NCBI GenBank assembly: GCA_964291675.2
Contig: OZ219866.1
Coordinates: 3,040,001-3,104,000, forward strand
Source of the DNA: Alphaproteobacteria bacterium
GTDB lineage: Bacteria > Pseudomonadota > Alphaproteobacteria > MPNO01
Length of the DNA: 64,000 bases
Reading direction: 5' to 3'
The number at the start of each line of letters is the position of its first letter. Positions within the stretch are counted from its first letter, which is position 1. The position numbers were made by a program, and so were the translations under genes. This document shows positions 1 to 9,528 of this stretch, piece after piece. The notes beneath the pieces were generated by a model that searched no databases, was not told the DNA's origin, and saw nothing but the letters and a program-made list of their open reading frames with translations.

Positions 1-383
1 AAGCGGATATCCGCCGGCAGCGTGCCCGCCGCGCGCAGCGCGCGGAACCGCTCATGGGACGCGATCGCCTCCGGCGCGTAGCCGGGATCGAATTCGACCG
101 CCGCCGGGTCGACGCCCGGGCGGAAGCGGAACAGCTCCCACTCGCGGATCAGCTTGCCGTCCCACTGGTGGATGCGCGCCTTGTCCTCGTCGGCCGCGAC
201 CTCCATCGCCGGATGGTTGGCCAGCTTGGCGCGCTGCCAGAAGATCCAGCGCGCCCGCTCGCCGGTCTCGCCGTCCGGGATGCGCTTCAGATGCCCGCCG
301 AGGCGCGCGGCGGTCTCGGCGAAGGCCGTGTCGGCGTCCGGGTAGGGCAGGCTGCCGACCAGATGGGCGCGGGTGAGCGGCAT
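1..383 (-). CDS. Conserved protein of the cobalamin-independent methionine synthase-like superfamily (5' part only; runs off the window)
   Basis: Read manually: ATG at 383 gives MPLTRAHLVGSLPYPDADTAFAE...LKRIPDGETGERARWI; HLVGS and DGE.R motifs typical of MetE-like proteins; not in the ORF track. Confidence 0.6.
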   Translation of the reverse strand, partial: MPLTRAHLVGSLPYPDADTAFAETAARLGGHLKRIPDGETGERARWIFWQRAKLANHPAMEVAADEDKARIHQWDGKLIREWELFRFRPGVDPAAVEFDPGYAPEAIASHERFRALRAAGTLPADIR

Positions 384-466
384 GGCGGCAGTCCTTCGGT
401 GGCGGTGGAACCGGGCGGAATGGAAGCAACGCGGGCGGGCCGTGGCAAGGGGCGGAACTTCATCGC

Positions 467-877
467 TCAGCTCCAGACCTCCAGGCGCAACCCTCGAAAG
501 CCCTCGAAATGCCGCTCATTTGTCGTGACCAGGAACAGGCCGTTGACATACGCGATGGCCGCGATCTGCCCGTCGACAATTGGCGGGGTCCTGCCCAGGG
601 CGCTCAACCGCGCCCGCTCCCGCGCGTGCCAGTCCGCCGCGTCCCGGTCGTATTCCAGGACCGGGAAGCTGGGCAGAACGACGGTGTCCATATAGTGCTC
701 GATCCTTTCACGACGCCGCGACGGAGGAAGGCGGGCGCAGCCGAAGCGCAATTCGTGCCAGACGGGGGCTCCGATCGCCGCTTCGTCCTCGATCTGGCGT
801 AGACGGCGGACCACGCCCAGACTCGGCTTCGGCCGCAGAGGTTCCGATACGACGTTCGTGTCCATTAAGTACGTCAA
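467..877 (-). CDS. vapC: VapC/PIN-domain toxin; codons before the DT motif are supplied by the integrated element (TTG 877 or ATG 865)
   Basis: YLMDTNVVSE, ELRFG, DGQIAAIA, LVTTNERHF PIN motifs. Confidence 0.9.
   Translation of the reverse strand: MTYLMDTNVVSEPLRPKPSLGVVRRLRQIEDEAAIGAPVWHELRFGCARLPPSRRRERIEHYMDTVVLPSFPVLEYDRDAADWHARERARLSALGRTPPIVDGQIAAIAYVNGLFLVTTNERHFEGFRGLRLEVWS
848..872. repeat. att junction (left) of the integrated element, inside vapC
   Basis: tacgacgttCGTGTCCAttaagtac; 21/25 identical to 22713-22737. Confidence 0.85.
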
Positions 878-958
878 ATTCTGACCCCGATTCGGCCCCG
901 TTTCACCCGTCGTCGCATGCCGCTCCCAGGGGGCGATGGCATGCGATAAGTGATTGTC

Positions 959-987
959 TTGACGGGACTATTCCCCATTGCTACATT
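959..987 (+). promoter_or_regulatory. Putative sigma70 promoter for the integrase
   Basis: TTGACG (959-964), 17-bp spacer, TACATT (982-987). Confidence 0.5.
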
Positions 988-1124
988 GCCCTCCAACTTG
1001 CCAAGCTGGCGATGAGGCCGTCAGACCACACGTCCACTGTTGCCGTCACCATGCTTTCTGTACGCTTACGGCTCTGCTACCGGAAGTCGCCGCGCAGAAG
1101 ACGCCCCGAAGGAGCCCCCGCACC

Positions 1125-1907
1125 ATGGCGGAACGCCAGTACCGCACCCTCACCAAGCGCACCGTGGACCGTCTCTCGGTCAACGGCAAGGACGCCGTCT
1201 TCTGGGACAACGAACTTCCCGGCTTCGGCGTTCGAGTGTACCCCTCCGGCAAGAAGGTCTTCGTCGTCCAGACGCGCGCCTTCGGCCGCTCCAGGCGCGT
1301 CAGCCTCGGCACCCATGGCGACACCGACTTCTCCGTCGACCACGCCCGCAGGAAGGCCACCGACGTCATCGCGCGCATCAAGGCCGGAGAGCCGCCCGTT
1401 GCTCCCGAGCCAGCGTCCGACCCGACCGTCGCCGATCTCGCCGAGCGTTACCAGCGCGAGTATGTCGCGATGCACTGCAAGCCGGCCACCATCTCGCATT
1501 ACCGCCTCATGCTCCGCAAGCATATCGTGCCGGCCCTCGGCAAGCGCCGCGTCGCGGACGTCGAGTACAAGGACATCCTCGCCTTCCACAACAGCCTGCA
1601 CCAGATGCCGACCGTCGCCAACCGGGCGGCCGACATCCTGGTCAAGATGTTCAACCTGGCAGACGGGTGGGGCTGGCGTCCCTCGGGCAGCAACCCGTGC
1701 CGGAGCGTGCCACGCTTCCGGGTCGAGAAGCACGAGCGGTTCCTCACCCGCGAGGAGCTGTTCCGGCTCGGCGAGGCGCTGCGGGCGGCCCCGGAAAGGC
1801 GCCTCGCCTCGGCCCACGCGGCGGCGGCCAAGGTCGCCGCCGTGCGGATATCCGACAGCCTCGAAGCCGACATGGACACGCCGCCGGACGGTTCCGCCAA
1901 CCTGTGA
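1125..1907 (+). pseudogene. Tyrosine integrase with arm-binding domain; catalytic domain removed by an in-frame deletion
   Basis: LTKRTVDRL...FWDNELPGFGVRVYPSGKKVFVVQ arm domain, core-binding domain, ERFLT..E; then AHAAAA joins directly to the C-terminal KVAAVRISDSL with no TGxR, HDLRH or catalytic Y. Confidence 0.85.
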
Positions 1908-2048
1908 TCTACGACTGCACACCGCTCTTGTTTATCGCTCGCTCTGATTGACAGTACTTGTCCCGATCCTGCCGCGGCTGTCGAGATTCCGCCGAATTCT
2001 CGTCAGGGATGATAGGGTCAAGATGCAGTTCAACTCCGAAGTCATCCA

Positions 2049-2696
2049 ATGATCCTTGAGTTTCAGCAATGCGTTGTGACCGTGTATGGCTGTTTGGCTC
2101 CCGGCCGGTACACGCCCATCCTCGGTACAGGGTTCAGGCTCGGACGTCCCGACGTTGTCGTAACGGCCAAGCATGTTGTAGATGGAGGCTACAGCCGGTA
2201 TGCCGTGGCTGCCAAGAAGGCCAATGAAGTTCAAATCCAACTCGCGAAACGTGTAGAGTTCCCGGACGCTCCGGCCGATCTCGCTGTGCTCCTATTGGAC
2301 GGCGTATCCGATTCCTGGCAATGCTTCCGGCTTCTTGAGCTCGGAGACGGAAAGGACGCTCTGGGAGAACCCGTAGCATCGTTCGGGTATCCGGTTCACG
2401 ACAGTGATGCCTTCACGGCCCGATACATGGTCGGGCACATCCAACGTCAGTACCAGCACCAAGACGACGAACGCGAGGAGTCCTACTTCGCCTACGAACT
2501 CGGCTTTCCAGCGTTTCCCGGTCAAAGTGGGTCGCCCGTAGTTCTCCACGGGAACACCGCCGCCGTGCACCTCAACGCCCTCGCTGTCGTCACCAACAGC
2601 GTCGGTTACTTTGACCATCCATCTGCGGCCTCGTGGGCAATCGGACTGTCGCTCGCACCTTTCAGAGACTGGTTATCGTCGTTCGTTCCCTCGTAA
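2049..2696 (+). CDS. Trypsin-like serine protease
   Basis: Triad motifs TAKHV, ADLAVL, GQSGSPV; no signal peptide visible. Confidence 0.8.
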   Translation: MILEFQQCVVTVYGCLAPGRYTPILGTGFRLGRPDVVVTAKHVVDGGYSRYAVAAKKANEVQIQLAKRVEFPDAPADLAVLLLDGVSDSWQCFRLLELGDGKDALGEPVASFGYPVHDSDAFTARYMVGHIQRQYQHQDDEREESYFAYELGFPAFPGQSGSPVVLHGNTAAVHLNALAVVTNSVGYFDHPSAASWAIGLSLAPFRDWLSSFVPS

Positions 2697-2780
2697 CAGC
2701 CGAATACCGTTTGGCAATTGGCGCGAGGGCGAGGACCGGCGGCACGCAACCATCCGCCCAAGACCGCAGAGTACTTGGGA

Positions 2781-2978
2781 CAAACCTTCGCCTCGCGATT
2801 GCTCGCCCTCGGGGAGAGTCTCCCGATGATCGGGAAGCTGCTCGGTCACACGAAGGTGCAGACGACCGCGCGCTATGCACACCTTGGCCAGCACTCGGTC
2901 AAGGTCGCCGCCGCGAGAATCGCGGACAGCCTCGAAGCCGACACAGACACCCCGCCTGAAGTTTCCGCCGCCCCGTGA
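2781..2978 (+). pseudogene. Tyrosine integrase C-terminal fragment (copy 2)
   Basis: TFASRLLALGESLPMIGKLLGHTKVQTTARYAHL...KVAAARIADSLEAD. Confidence 0.8.
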
Positions 2979-3153
2979 TCTACGTCACACCTTCGCCTCC
3001 ACGGCTCTCGCGCTTGGTGAAAGCCTACCGATAATCGGAAAGCTCCTCAGTCACCGCGGTGTGGAGCCCGCTACGCGCACCTCCCGCGACTTGGTCGCCC
3101 CGACCTCCAGCGCACTCGGTGACCGGCCCCCCATCCATTCGGACGCGTCGTGA
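2977..3153 (+). pseudogene. Tyrosine integrase C-terminal fragment (copy 3, degenerate)
   Basis: DLRHTFASTALALGESLPIIGKLLSHR begins overlapping the stop codon of copy 2. Confidence 0.7.
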
Positions 3154-3324
3154 GCGCCACTAGGCGCGCCATTGACCGGTGCCCTTCGACATCATGGGCG
3201 CAAGGAGGCTGAGCAGAGCCACGAATGCCCTCGACGGAGGCCGCTCCCGGAACGTAGAGCGGACCCGACGCGCGCTGAACTTCGCCTACTCGTCGGAGAA
3301 CTGGGAGCTTCACCCTTACCAGAC

Positions 3325-3828
3325 TTAGTCGTGTCCGATGCCTTCAAGTTCTAGTGCCCGGACCAAAGCAGTGCTGGCGTTGCTTAAGTTTTCGCGCTGA
3401 CCCCGAATGGCATAAGCCCACTTCAGGCCGTGGAACAGGTTGTTGCGGAGGCGATAGACGACAATGAGTAGGCCGGCCGCATCTTCCCACGCGTGCAGAC
3501 ATTCCTGCTTCAGAAACCTCCGGACGAGTTCTTCGTAATCAGGTCGCCGGAAGTTGAGATGATCGAAGTGGTAGCTGAACTGTCCGCCCGGGCAGTAGCG
3601 GTTACGAAAATACGTCTGTTCGATCTGAAAACTATCCTGCGCCAGAACACCCCGCTCGGACCAGCGTGTCGTGACCTCTACGATAGCTCGCGCGCTCCCG
3701 CGCCGGTCGAGAACCCTCGCCTCGAACAGGCTCCAGAGAAGCACGAAATCTCCAATTGCGTCGCGATCATCCCGGCAGAGCTCCGCAAAGCCAGGTTCGT
3801 TGCGTCCAAGCCATTCCAGCGGGTTCAT
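3325..3828 (-). CDS. HEPN-like protein
   Basis: RNNLFH Rx4H motif; W..FE motif upstream; helical protein. Confidence 0.6.
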   Translation of the reverse strand: MNPLEWLGRNEPGFAELCRDDRDAIGDFVLLWSLFEARVLDRRGSARAIVEVTTRWSERGVLAQDSFQIEQTYFRNRYCPGGQFSYHFDHLNFRRPDYEELVRRFLKQECLHAWEDAAGLLIVVYRLRNNLFHGLKWAYAIRGQRENLSNASTALVRALELEGIGHD

Positions 3829-3904
3829 GAGTCAGTTATGCCTCGCCGTGACGGGTCGCTGCCGCAATAGGCAGGTGGCAGAACCTCGAATGTGTAGAAT
3901 TCCT

Positions 3905-4702
3905 TCAATCGTCCGCATCGCATCGTCGTGCAAGGAAGGTGCATACGCCGCATGCGAGCGTCACAACGAGCTCGGCCTCGTCTGTGGATACCGGCTGGCC
4001 TTCGCGAATATGACGTCCGCGTTCTGAAGCGTAGCCCCAAAGCTTTTCGACAGCCGTGTCGAGAGGTGGAGTCAAATCCAGCTTCCGGACGAGGCGGCCA
4101 AGCGTGACGTTGCGCTCGCCTGTCACCTCGCGAGCGATGCATTCAAGGGCGGACATTGCATGCTGGATGGCGCCGGTCACGTCCGGTTCTGGCCTGCGCG
4201 AGATATCGTGCAATGCCTCCTGGATTTCCTTGGCGGCGGCGGTGTACCCGGTGTCAGCCAGCGTCTCGTCGGCCTGTCGGGTTGTTTCGGTAAAGGTGGC
4301 GGAGCCTCGATAAACGATATCCCCATCCGTCATCTGCCACCCAATACCCATTTCCAGAAAGACGTCATTAAGCTGTGCCTCGAACGCCTCTGCCTGGTCG
4401 GAAGAACGTTGTGCAAGGGCTACGTGCAGCGCTTCGGATATATCGTACACTCTGAACCAGGGGCATTCCGAAATGAGATCGTTCACCTCGTCGGCGACAT
4501 TTGGATACTCACTCCAGTTCGAGGGGTCTGGCCGCACACGCAGCGTGCGGCAGACGACACGCCGCATGGAAGCCGGCCTCATACCAAGGTCTTCAGCAAT
4601 CTGAGGAATGGCATCTCGCAGGCCTTCGGGCGCATCCTCGCGAACGTAGATCTCTCGTTCCGGGGCGCGATAGCCGTATCGGGCGGAAAAACGGGAACCC
4701 AT
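3905..4702 (-). CDS. AbiJ-NTD4-like protein with HEPN-like C-terminus
   Basis: RFSARYGY...REDAPEGLR, WFRVYD, ALEC, GRH motifs; GGAGGAG RBS before ATG 4702. Confidence 0.7.
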   Translation of the reverse strand: MGSRFSARYGYRAPEREIYVREDAPEGLRDAIPQIAEDLGMRPASMRRVVCRTLRVRPDPSNWSEYPNVADEVNDLISECPWFRVYDISEALHVALAQRSSDQAEAFEAQLNDVFLEMGIGWQMTDGDIVYRGSATFTETTRQADETLADTGYTAAAKEIQEALHDISRRPEPDVTGAIQHAMSALECIAREVTGERNVTLGRLVRKLDLTPPLDTAVEKLWGYASERGRHIREGQPVSTDEAELVVTLACGVCTFLARRCDADD

Positions 4703-4913
4703 TGTGCTCCTCCTAATCAATGTTTCGAGCCGGTTCCCTCGCCGCCTAGGGTACTATGCGTCCGTCACCACCCCCCTCGATCAACAACCGGAGAGAGGGA
4801 AGATCTTCACCGCTGCCCACGGCGCGCATCACTTGAGCCCTGGAGGCCAGCCTTCTGCTCGCTGTGAAGGCGCGCCCCTTCGCGAAGACCGATCCACTCC
4901 CAACGCCCAACTC

Positions 4914-7040
4914 TTAACAGCCATCTTCGACATCCTCGCTTGAAGCATCGTTGGGGTCGGTAGGCACGTTCTGCCAATCCCGAACTAATGGCTCCCAACC
5001 AGCACCTTCGACTTTACCTTTTCGCTCCTCGTTCAACCCCAACCAAACACCCCAAAAATCTGGGTCAGCAGAACGCGGCTGCTGATGTTCTGGCAAATCA
5101 TTCATCCTAACCATTACGGGCAGTTCCGATGCCCAACCAAGGAGAATCGCGGCCTGCGAGGGCAAAGATGGGAGTTCACGAAGCAATCCCCGTAGGCTAT
5201 CCGGTACCAAGCGGTGCACCAACTCTTGATCGCGGTCGTTGCTAATACGATGAAGAAGAAACGTATTACACTGTGACAGTACAGTTGGGGACAGTTCCGA
5301 TGGACGCTGAGACGAAAGCACAAGTCCCAGACCGAACTTCCTTCCTTCCCTAGCGATTCGTTCAAAAACCTGACAACAAATGGAAGATGCGTCTTGATTT
5401 TCAATATCTTCTCTGTACCGTTTAACAAACGTATGAGCCTCCTCCATTATCAAAACAGTGGGAAGTGTAGTTCCAAATACTCTTACATAACGCTGCAGTG
5501 CCTCAAAAATAATTCGCGCGATGACCGCCGTAACAACATGAATTACTTCGGTCGGTACTAGTGAAAGATCAATTATCGACACAGATGCCTGTTCACTACC
5601 TTCAGTACCCAAGTACTGATCCAGCCACGAATCCAAGGATACACCCTCAGAGTCGTCAATTACCGCTTTCATTTTCGGATCTGACAAGAGTGTTCTGATT
5701 CTTGCAACAAGGAAGTCCACAAACTGGGTGACATTCTCTTGCTGTGCAAGTATCTCAAGATGATCGGCCAGATCCGTTCCACGAAACGCCACTGGAACAT
5801 CTTCATCCGGTCCCTCTGGGTACGCAATTCCCCCTACTTGATTCAGGCAATCGTTCAAGGTTTCAATTATGGTTTCGACTTGATTCTCACTAAATGCTAC
5901 AAAATACTCAACTTTTTCTCCATCCTTTTCAAATCTCTTTATATTCGTTTTGCCGGCGTCAACTATCGCATCCAGCAATGACTCTAGGCCGTAGCCTGGA
6001 AACTGCTCCATTCTCGTCCGCAAGTCCGCAGCCATAGCTTTGAGTTGAAATCCAAACCTAGTACATTCGCTCGAAATTGCACCAGAGCGGAAGTCACGCC
6101 GGATAGTTATCAGCCTTGAAGAAAGGTATCTGCGCAACTCTAGATCTCTTTCCTCTTCTGTCTGTTCGCTGACACCCAGCCTTCCAGCCTTTACCTCACG
6201 CAATGCGCGCCGCAAAAGAGGCCTTTGTGTTCTTGCACTGGCTTGAGTAAATGAACTCCACTCGGCGCTATTCCAAAACCACAATGGCACCTTCAGGGGC
6301 AATTCACCATTACTCGCATCAACCCGAAATACTTTCGCACGGATTAGGGGATCCCGACGAAAGGCACGCGCATACTCACCGTTGGGGTCGAGAATGACGA
6401 ACCGAGCGTTCATCCCGCGGTCACACCGCGAATTTGTTGCTTGTTCTAAGCACCAACGCACGACGCCAGCGACCGAACACGACTTTCCACTTCCAGTATT
6501 CCCGAGAACAGCGAAGTGACGTCCGAACAGCCTATTCGGGTCTACCGCTACTTCAGCATCACCAGCCAACGGACTCGTACCGATTTTTACCCTGCGAAAT
6601 GCTCCAGACTCTACAATAGACCGGAGTTGCTTCTCGGTAGGCAGGATGACGGGCGAGCCAACCGACGGCAACGCGTCCGCACCACGCCGAAATTGATATT
6701 CTGCGTCTCCCTTGCACGCCCTCAACGTACCAAGTGGATTAAGTCGAAGTCGTCGAAGTGGATATGGCAAGTCCACCAAGCCAAAATCCTGCATTCCTCG
6801 CCGCTTAGGAAACGGAGAACGTTCGACCGCTAGCCATTCCACTTGGCCGACCAAAAAAGCCTCATCTACAGACACAAGAAGATAGCTGTTTACTCTAGGA
6901 AATGACCTAGGTGTCCCGGAGTTCAGTGCCACTGAATCCGGAGCTTCCACATCAAGCGCAACCTTGATTTCGTCAGGCGAGACAAAGTCTACTGTTCCAA
7001 CGCGGAAACTGCCAGCGTACTCAAAGGGAGGCTGCGTCAC
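4914..7040 (-). CDS. herA: HerA/DUF87 ATPase of a Sir2-HerA anti-phage system
   Basis: HFAVLGNTGSGKS Walker A, ILDPNGEY, MEEAH Walker B, IAREGRKFG, SSQRPSELS. Confidence 0.9.
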   Translation of the reverse strand: MTQPPFEYAGSFRVGTVDFVSPDEIKVALDVEAPDSVALNSGTPRSFPRVNSYLLVSVDEAFLVGQVEWLAVERSPFPKRRGMQDFGLVDLPYPLRRLRLNPLGTLRACKGDAEYQFRRGADALPSVGSPVILPTEKQLRSIVESGAFRRVKIGTSPLAGDAEVAVDPNRLFGRHFAVLGNTGSGKSCSVAGVVRWCLEQATNSRCDRGMNARFVILDPNGEYARAFRRDPLIRAKVFRVDASNGELPLKVPLWFWNSAEWSSFTQASARTQRPLLRRALREVKAGRLGVSEQTEEERDLELRRYLSSRLITIRRDFRSGAISSECTRFGFQLKAMAADLRTRMEQFPGYGLESLLDAIVDAGKTNIKRFEKDGEKVEYFVAFSENQVETIIETLNDCLNQVGGIAYPEGPDEDVPVAFRGTDLADHLEILAQQENVTQFVDFLVARIRTLLSDPKMKAVIDDSEGVSLDSWLDQYLGTEGSEQASVSIIDLSLVPTEVIHVVTAVIARIIFEALQRYVRVFGTTLPTVLIMEEAHTFVKRYREDIENQDASSICCQVFERIAREGRKFGLGLVLSSQRPSELSPTVLSQCNTFLLHRISNDRDQELVHRLVPDSLRGLLRELPSLPSQAAILLGWASELPVMVRMNDLPEHQQPRSADPDFWGVWLGLNEERKGKVEGAGWEPLVRDWQNVPTDPNDASSEDVEDGC

Positions 7041-8078
7041 GTTGTGCCCCCATCATCGTCGACGGCGGAGACGTTGCCCTGTTGACGTTCGGAGCTGTCA
7101 GCAGTGCCCCACCGCCCTCTCAGCAGCTCCGCCATTCGGAACGTGGTGCGATCAATTGCAGGTTTTGGAAGGAAGTGGTCTACCAAACTCTCTAGGTCAC
7201 CTAGATGGTCCCCTAGAAGAAGAGAAATTTGAGCATGCCTCCCCAATCTCTCGTAAGTCCGCATTATCCTTCCTAGAGGATCACTGAAAGCAATGATTAC
7301 CAGATGTGTCGAGGGTATTGTCAACATATCCTCAATCACCCGATTTATATGCTCATCTCCAAAACTATAGCCGTAGCAGAAAACCGTGCTGTTCGGGCGG
7401 CAAATGGATGCTGCAAAGTCACGGAACAACTCTACGTAGGGATATGCTGCTGTTTCTCGGTCCTTTGCAGCATTGGGATAGATCATGAACTGGCGCGCAT
7501 CCACTCCATATCTTGTGTACATAGACAAAAAGGGAGCCGTACTCTTAGCACCGAATGGCAATCCAATTCGGCGAATTGCGTCACCGAAATCCAGCCAGTC
7601 CACCGATCCATGTAGTTTAGTGAATCTGGCTACACCCTCCAGGTATCGGGGCTCGCCTCTGATGCCAGGTGGGTTGTAGTGTAAATCTACATCCAGGCGC
7701 GATGCGCGAAATACGGGTGCAAGCGTTCCCACAAATCGGTCAATCAGTCTAAGTCCGGCAACATCCGCTCCTGCCTCAAGGTATCGATCATAGTTTGTCG
7801 TGAATATATTCAATCTTTCCCGTGTCCCCGAGCGACTGGCAAAACTCATCAAGAAGCTCACAAGATAATTGAATGCAAGATCACGTTTCTCCAATGCACA
7901 TCCAATTAAGTTATTCTCTCCCTCTAATATGGAGGCAGTAAAGGTCTGAAGCAAATTAGACAAATCCTTGTTCAAATTGGCTAGGGTCTCTTGTTCCGAA
8001 GATTCTTCTGTACCGCTTGACGAAAGTATCTCCAAGCCACGGATAAGTTCATTTGCCACGCGGATTTGATCTTCTATG

Positions 8079-9528
8079 GGTCGTGTCCCCAGACGTGGTG
8101 TAGGAGCTCTGGCCTTGGTTTGTAGCTGTGGGTAAGCAGCGCGCCGCCGCGACCGCCGCGAGTCTGGCGGCGGCGGGCTGCTTATCCACAGCGGAGGCCA
8201 TCGCGGTTCCGGTTTAGGGTTGGGTCGTGCAACGCCAACCCGAACCTGAGGAGGAACCGCGATGACCGACGACATGATGGCCCTGCGCGGGCTTTTGGAG
8301 AAGAGTTCCGACGCCGATCTGCTGCGCGAGATGATCGGCTTCTCGGCCGAGCGTCTGATGGCGCTGGAGGTGGAAGGGCTGACCGGCGCCGCCCATGGCG
8401 AGCGCACGCCGGAGCGGATCACGCAGCGCAACGGCTACCGCGAGCGGGCCTGGGAGACCCGCGCCGGCACGGTGGCGCTGAGGATCCCGAAGCTCAGGAC
8501 GGGGAGCTACTTCCCCGGCTTCCTGGAACCGCGCCGGATGGCCGAGAAGGCACTCACGGCGGTGATCCAGGAGGCCTACATCCAGGGCGTGTCGACGCGC
8601 TCGGTCGACGACCTGGTGCAGGCGATGGGGATGTCGGGCATCTCCAAGAGCCAGGTGTCCAGGCTGTGCGCCGAGATCGACGACAAGATCGAGAGCTTCC
8701 TCGACCGGCCGCTGGAGGGCGAGTGGCCCTATCTGTGGCTGGATGCGACCTATATCAAGATGCGCGAGATCGGGCGCATCGTCCCGGTCGCGGTGACCGT
8801 CGCGGTGGCGGTCAACGACCAGGGCCGGCGCGAGGTGCTCGGCATGGCGATCGGCCACTCCGAGGCCGAGACCTTCTGGACCGCCTTCCTGCGCGCGCTG
8901 ACCGGCCGCGGGCTCAAGGGCGTCAAGCTGGTGATCTCCGACGACCACAAGGGGTTGAAGGCCGCCGCGACCCGCATCCTCGGCGCCACCTGGCAGCGCT
9001 GCCGCATCCACTTCATGCGCAACCTGCTGGCCCATGCCGGCCGTCAGGGAAGGCGCGTCGTGTCTGCCTTCGTCGCCACCGCCTTCGCCCAGGACGACGC
9101 CCAGGCCGCGAGCGCCCAGTGGCGCCTGGTCGCCGACCAGCTCAGGCCCAAGGCGCCCAAGCTCGCCACCCTCATGGACGACGCCGAGCACGACGTCCTC
9201 GCCTACATGACCTTCCCCAGGGAGCACCGAACCAAGCTCCACTCGACCAACCCCATCGAGCGGGTCCATGCCGAGATCAAGCGCCGAACCAACGTCGTCG
9301 GCATCTTCCCCAACGAAGACGCCGTCACCCGCCTGGTCGGCGCCATCCTGCTCGAGCAGAACGACGAGTGGGCCGTCGCAAGGAGATACATGACACTGGA
9401 ATCCATCGCTCAGACCAGCGACAATCTCACCGTCAAGCCGCCCGCCGTGGCAGCCTGACCCTACCGGCCCAACACGCCGGATACCGCGATCGGCGCCGGG
9501 CTCTTACACCACGTGGCGGGACACGATC
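8079..9528 (+). mobile_element. IS256-family insertion sequence
   Basis: Terminal inverted repeats GGTCGTGTCCC...GGGACACGATC; 8-bp target duplication CTTCTATG at 8071-8078 and 9529-9536. Confidence 0.95.
8262..9458 (+). CDS. IS256-family (mutator-type) transposase
   Basis: RNGYRER, PKLR.GSYFP, WLDATY, SDDHKGL, QRC.IHF.RN, STNPIER motifs. Confidence 0.95.
   Translation: MTDDMMALRGLLEKSSDADLLREMIGFSAERLMALEVEGLTGAAHGERTPERITQRNGYRERAWETRAGTVALRIPKLRTGSYFPGFLEPRRMAEKALTAVIQEAYIQGVSTRSVDDLVQAMGMSGISKSQVSRLCAEIDDKIESFLDRPLEGEWPYLWLDATYIKMREIGRIVPVAVTVAVAVNDQGRREVLGMAIGHSEAETFWTAFLRALTGRGLKGVKLVISDDHKGLKAAATRILGATWQRCRIHFMRNLLAHAGRQGRRVVSAFVATAFAQDDAQAASAQWRLVADQLRPKAPKLATLMDDAEHDVLAYMTFPREHRTKLHSTNPIERVHAEIKRRTNVVGIFPNEDAVTRLVGAILLEQNDEWAVARRYMTLESIAQTSDNLTVKPPAVAA

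Noticed and set aside
467-877. vapC as a true orphan toxin (and 22746-23027 as an orphan antitoxin)
   Set aside because: They are the two halves of one operon separated by the integrated element.
1953-2783. AGTACTTG direct repeat and TTGTCCC/GGGACAA inverted repeat flanking the protease as cassette ends or attC sites
   Set aside because: Too short to distinguish from chance; no attC-like structure and no integron integrase.
7037-8431. 464-aa complete SIR2 ORF
   Set aside because: Its N-terminus is antisense IS256 sequence; the true N-terminus lies at 9529-9904.
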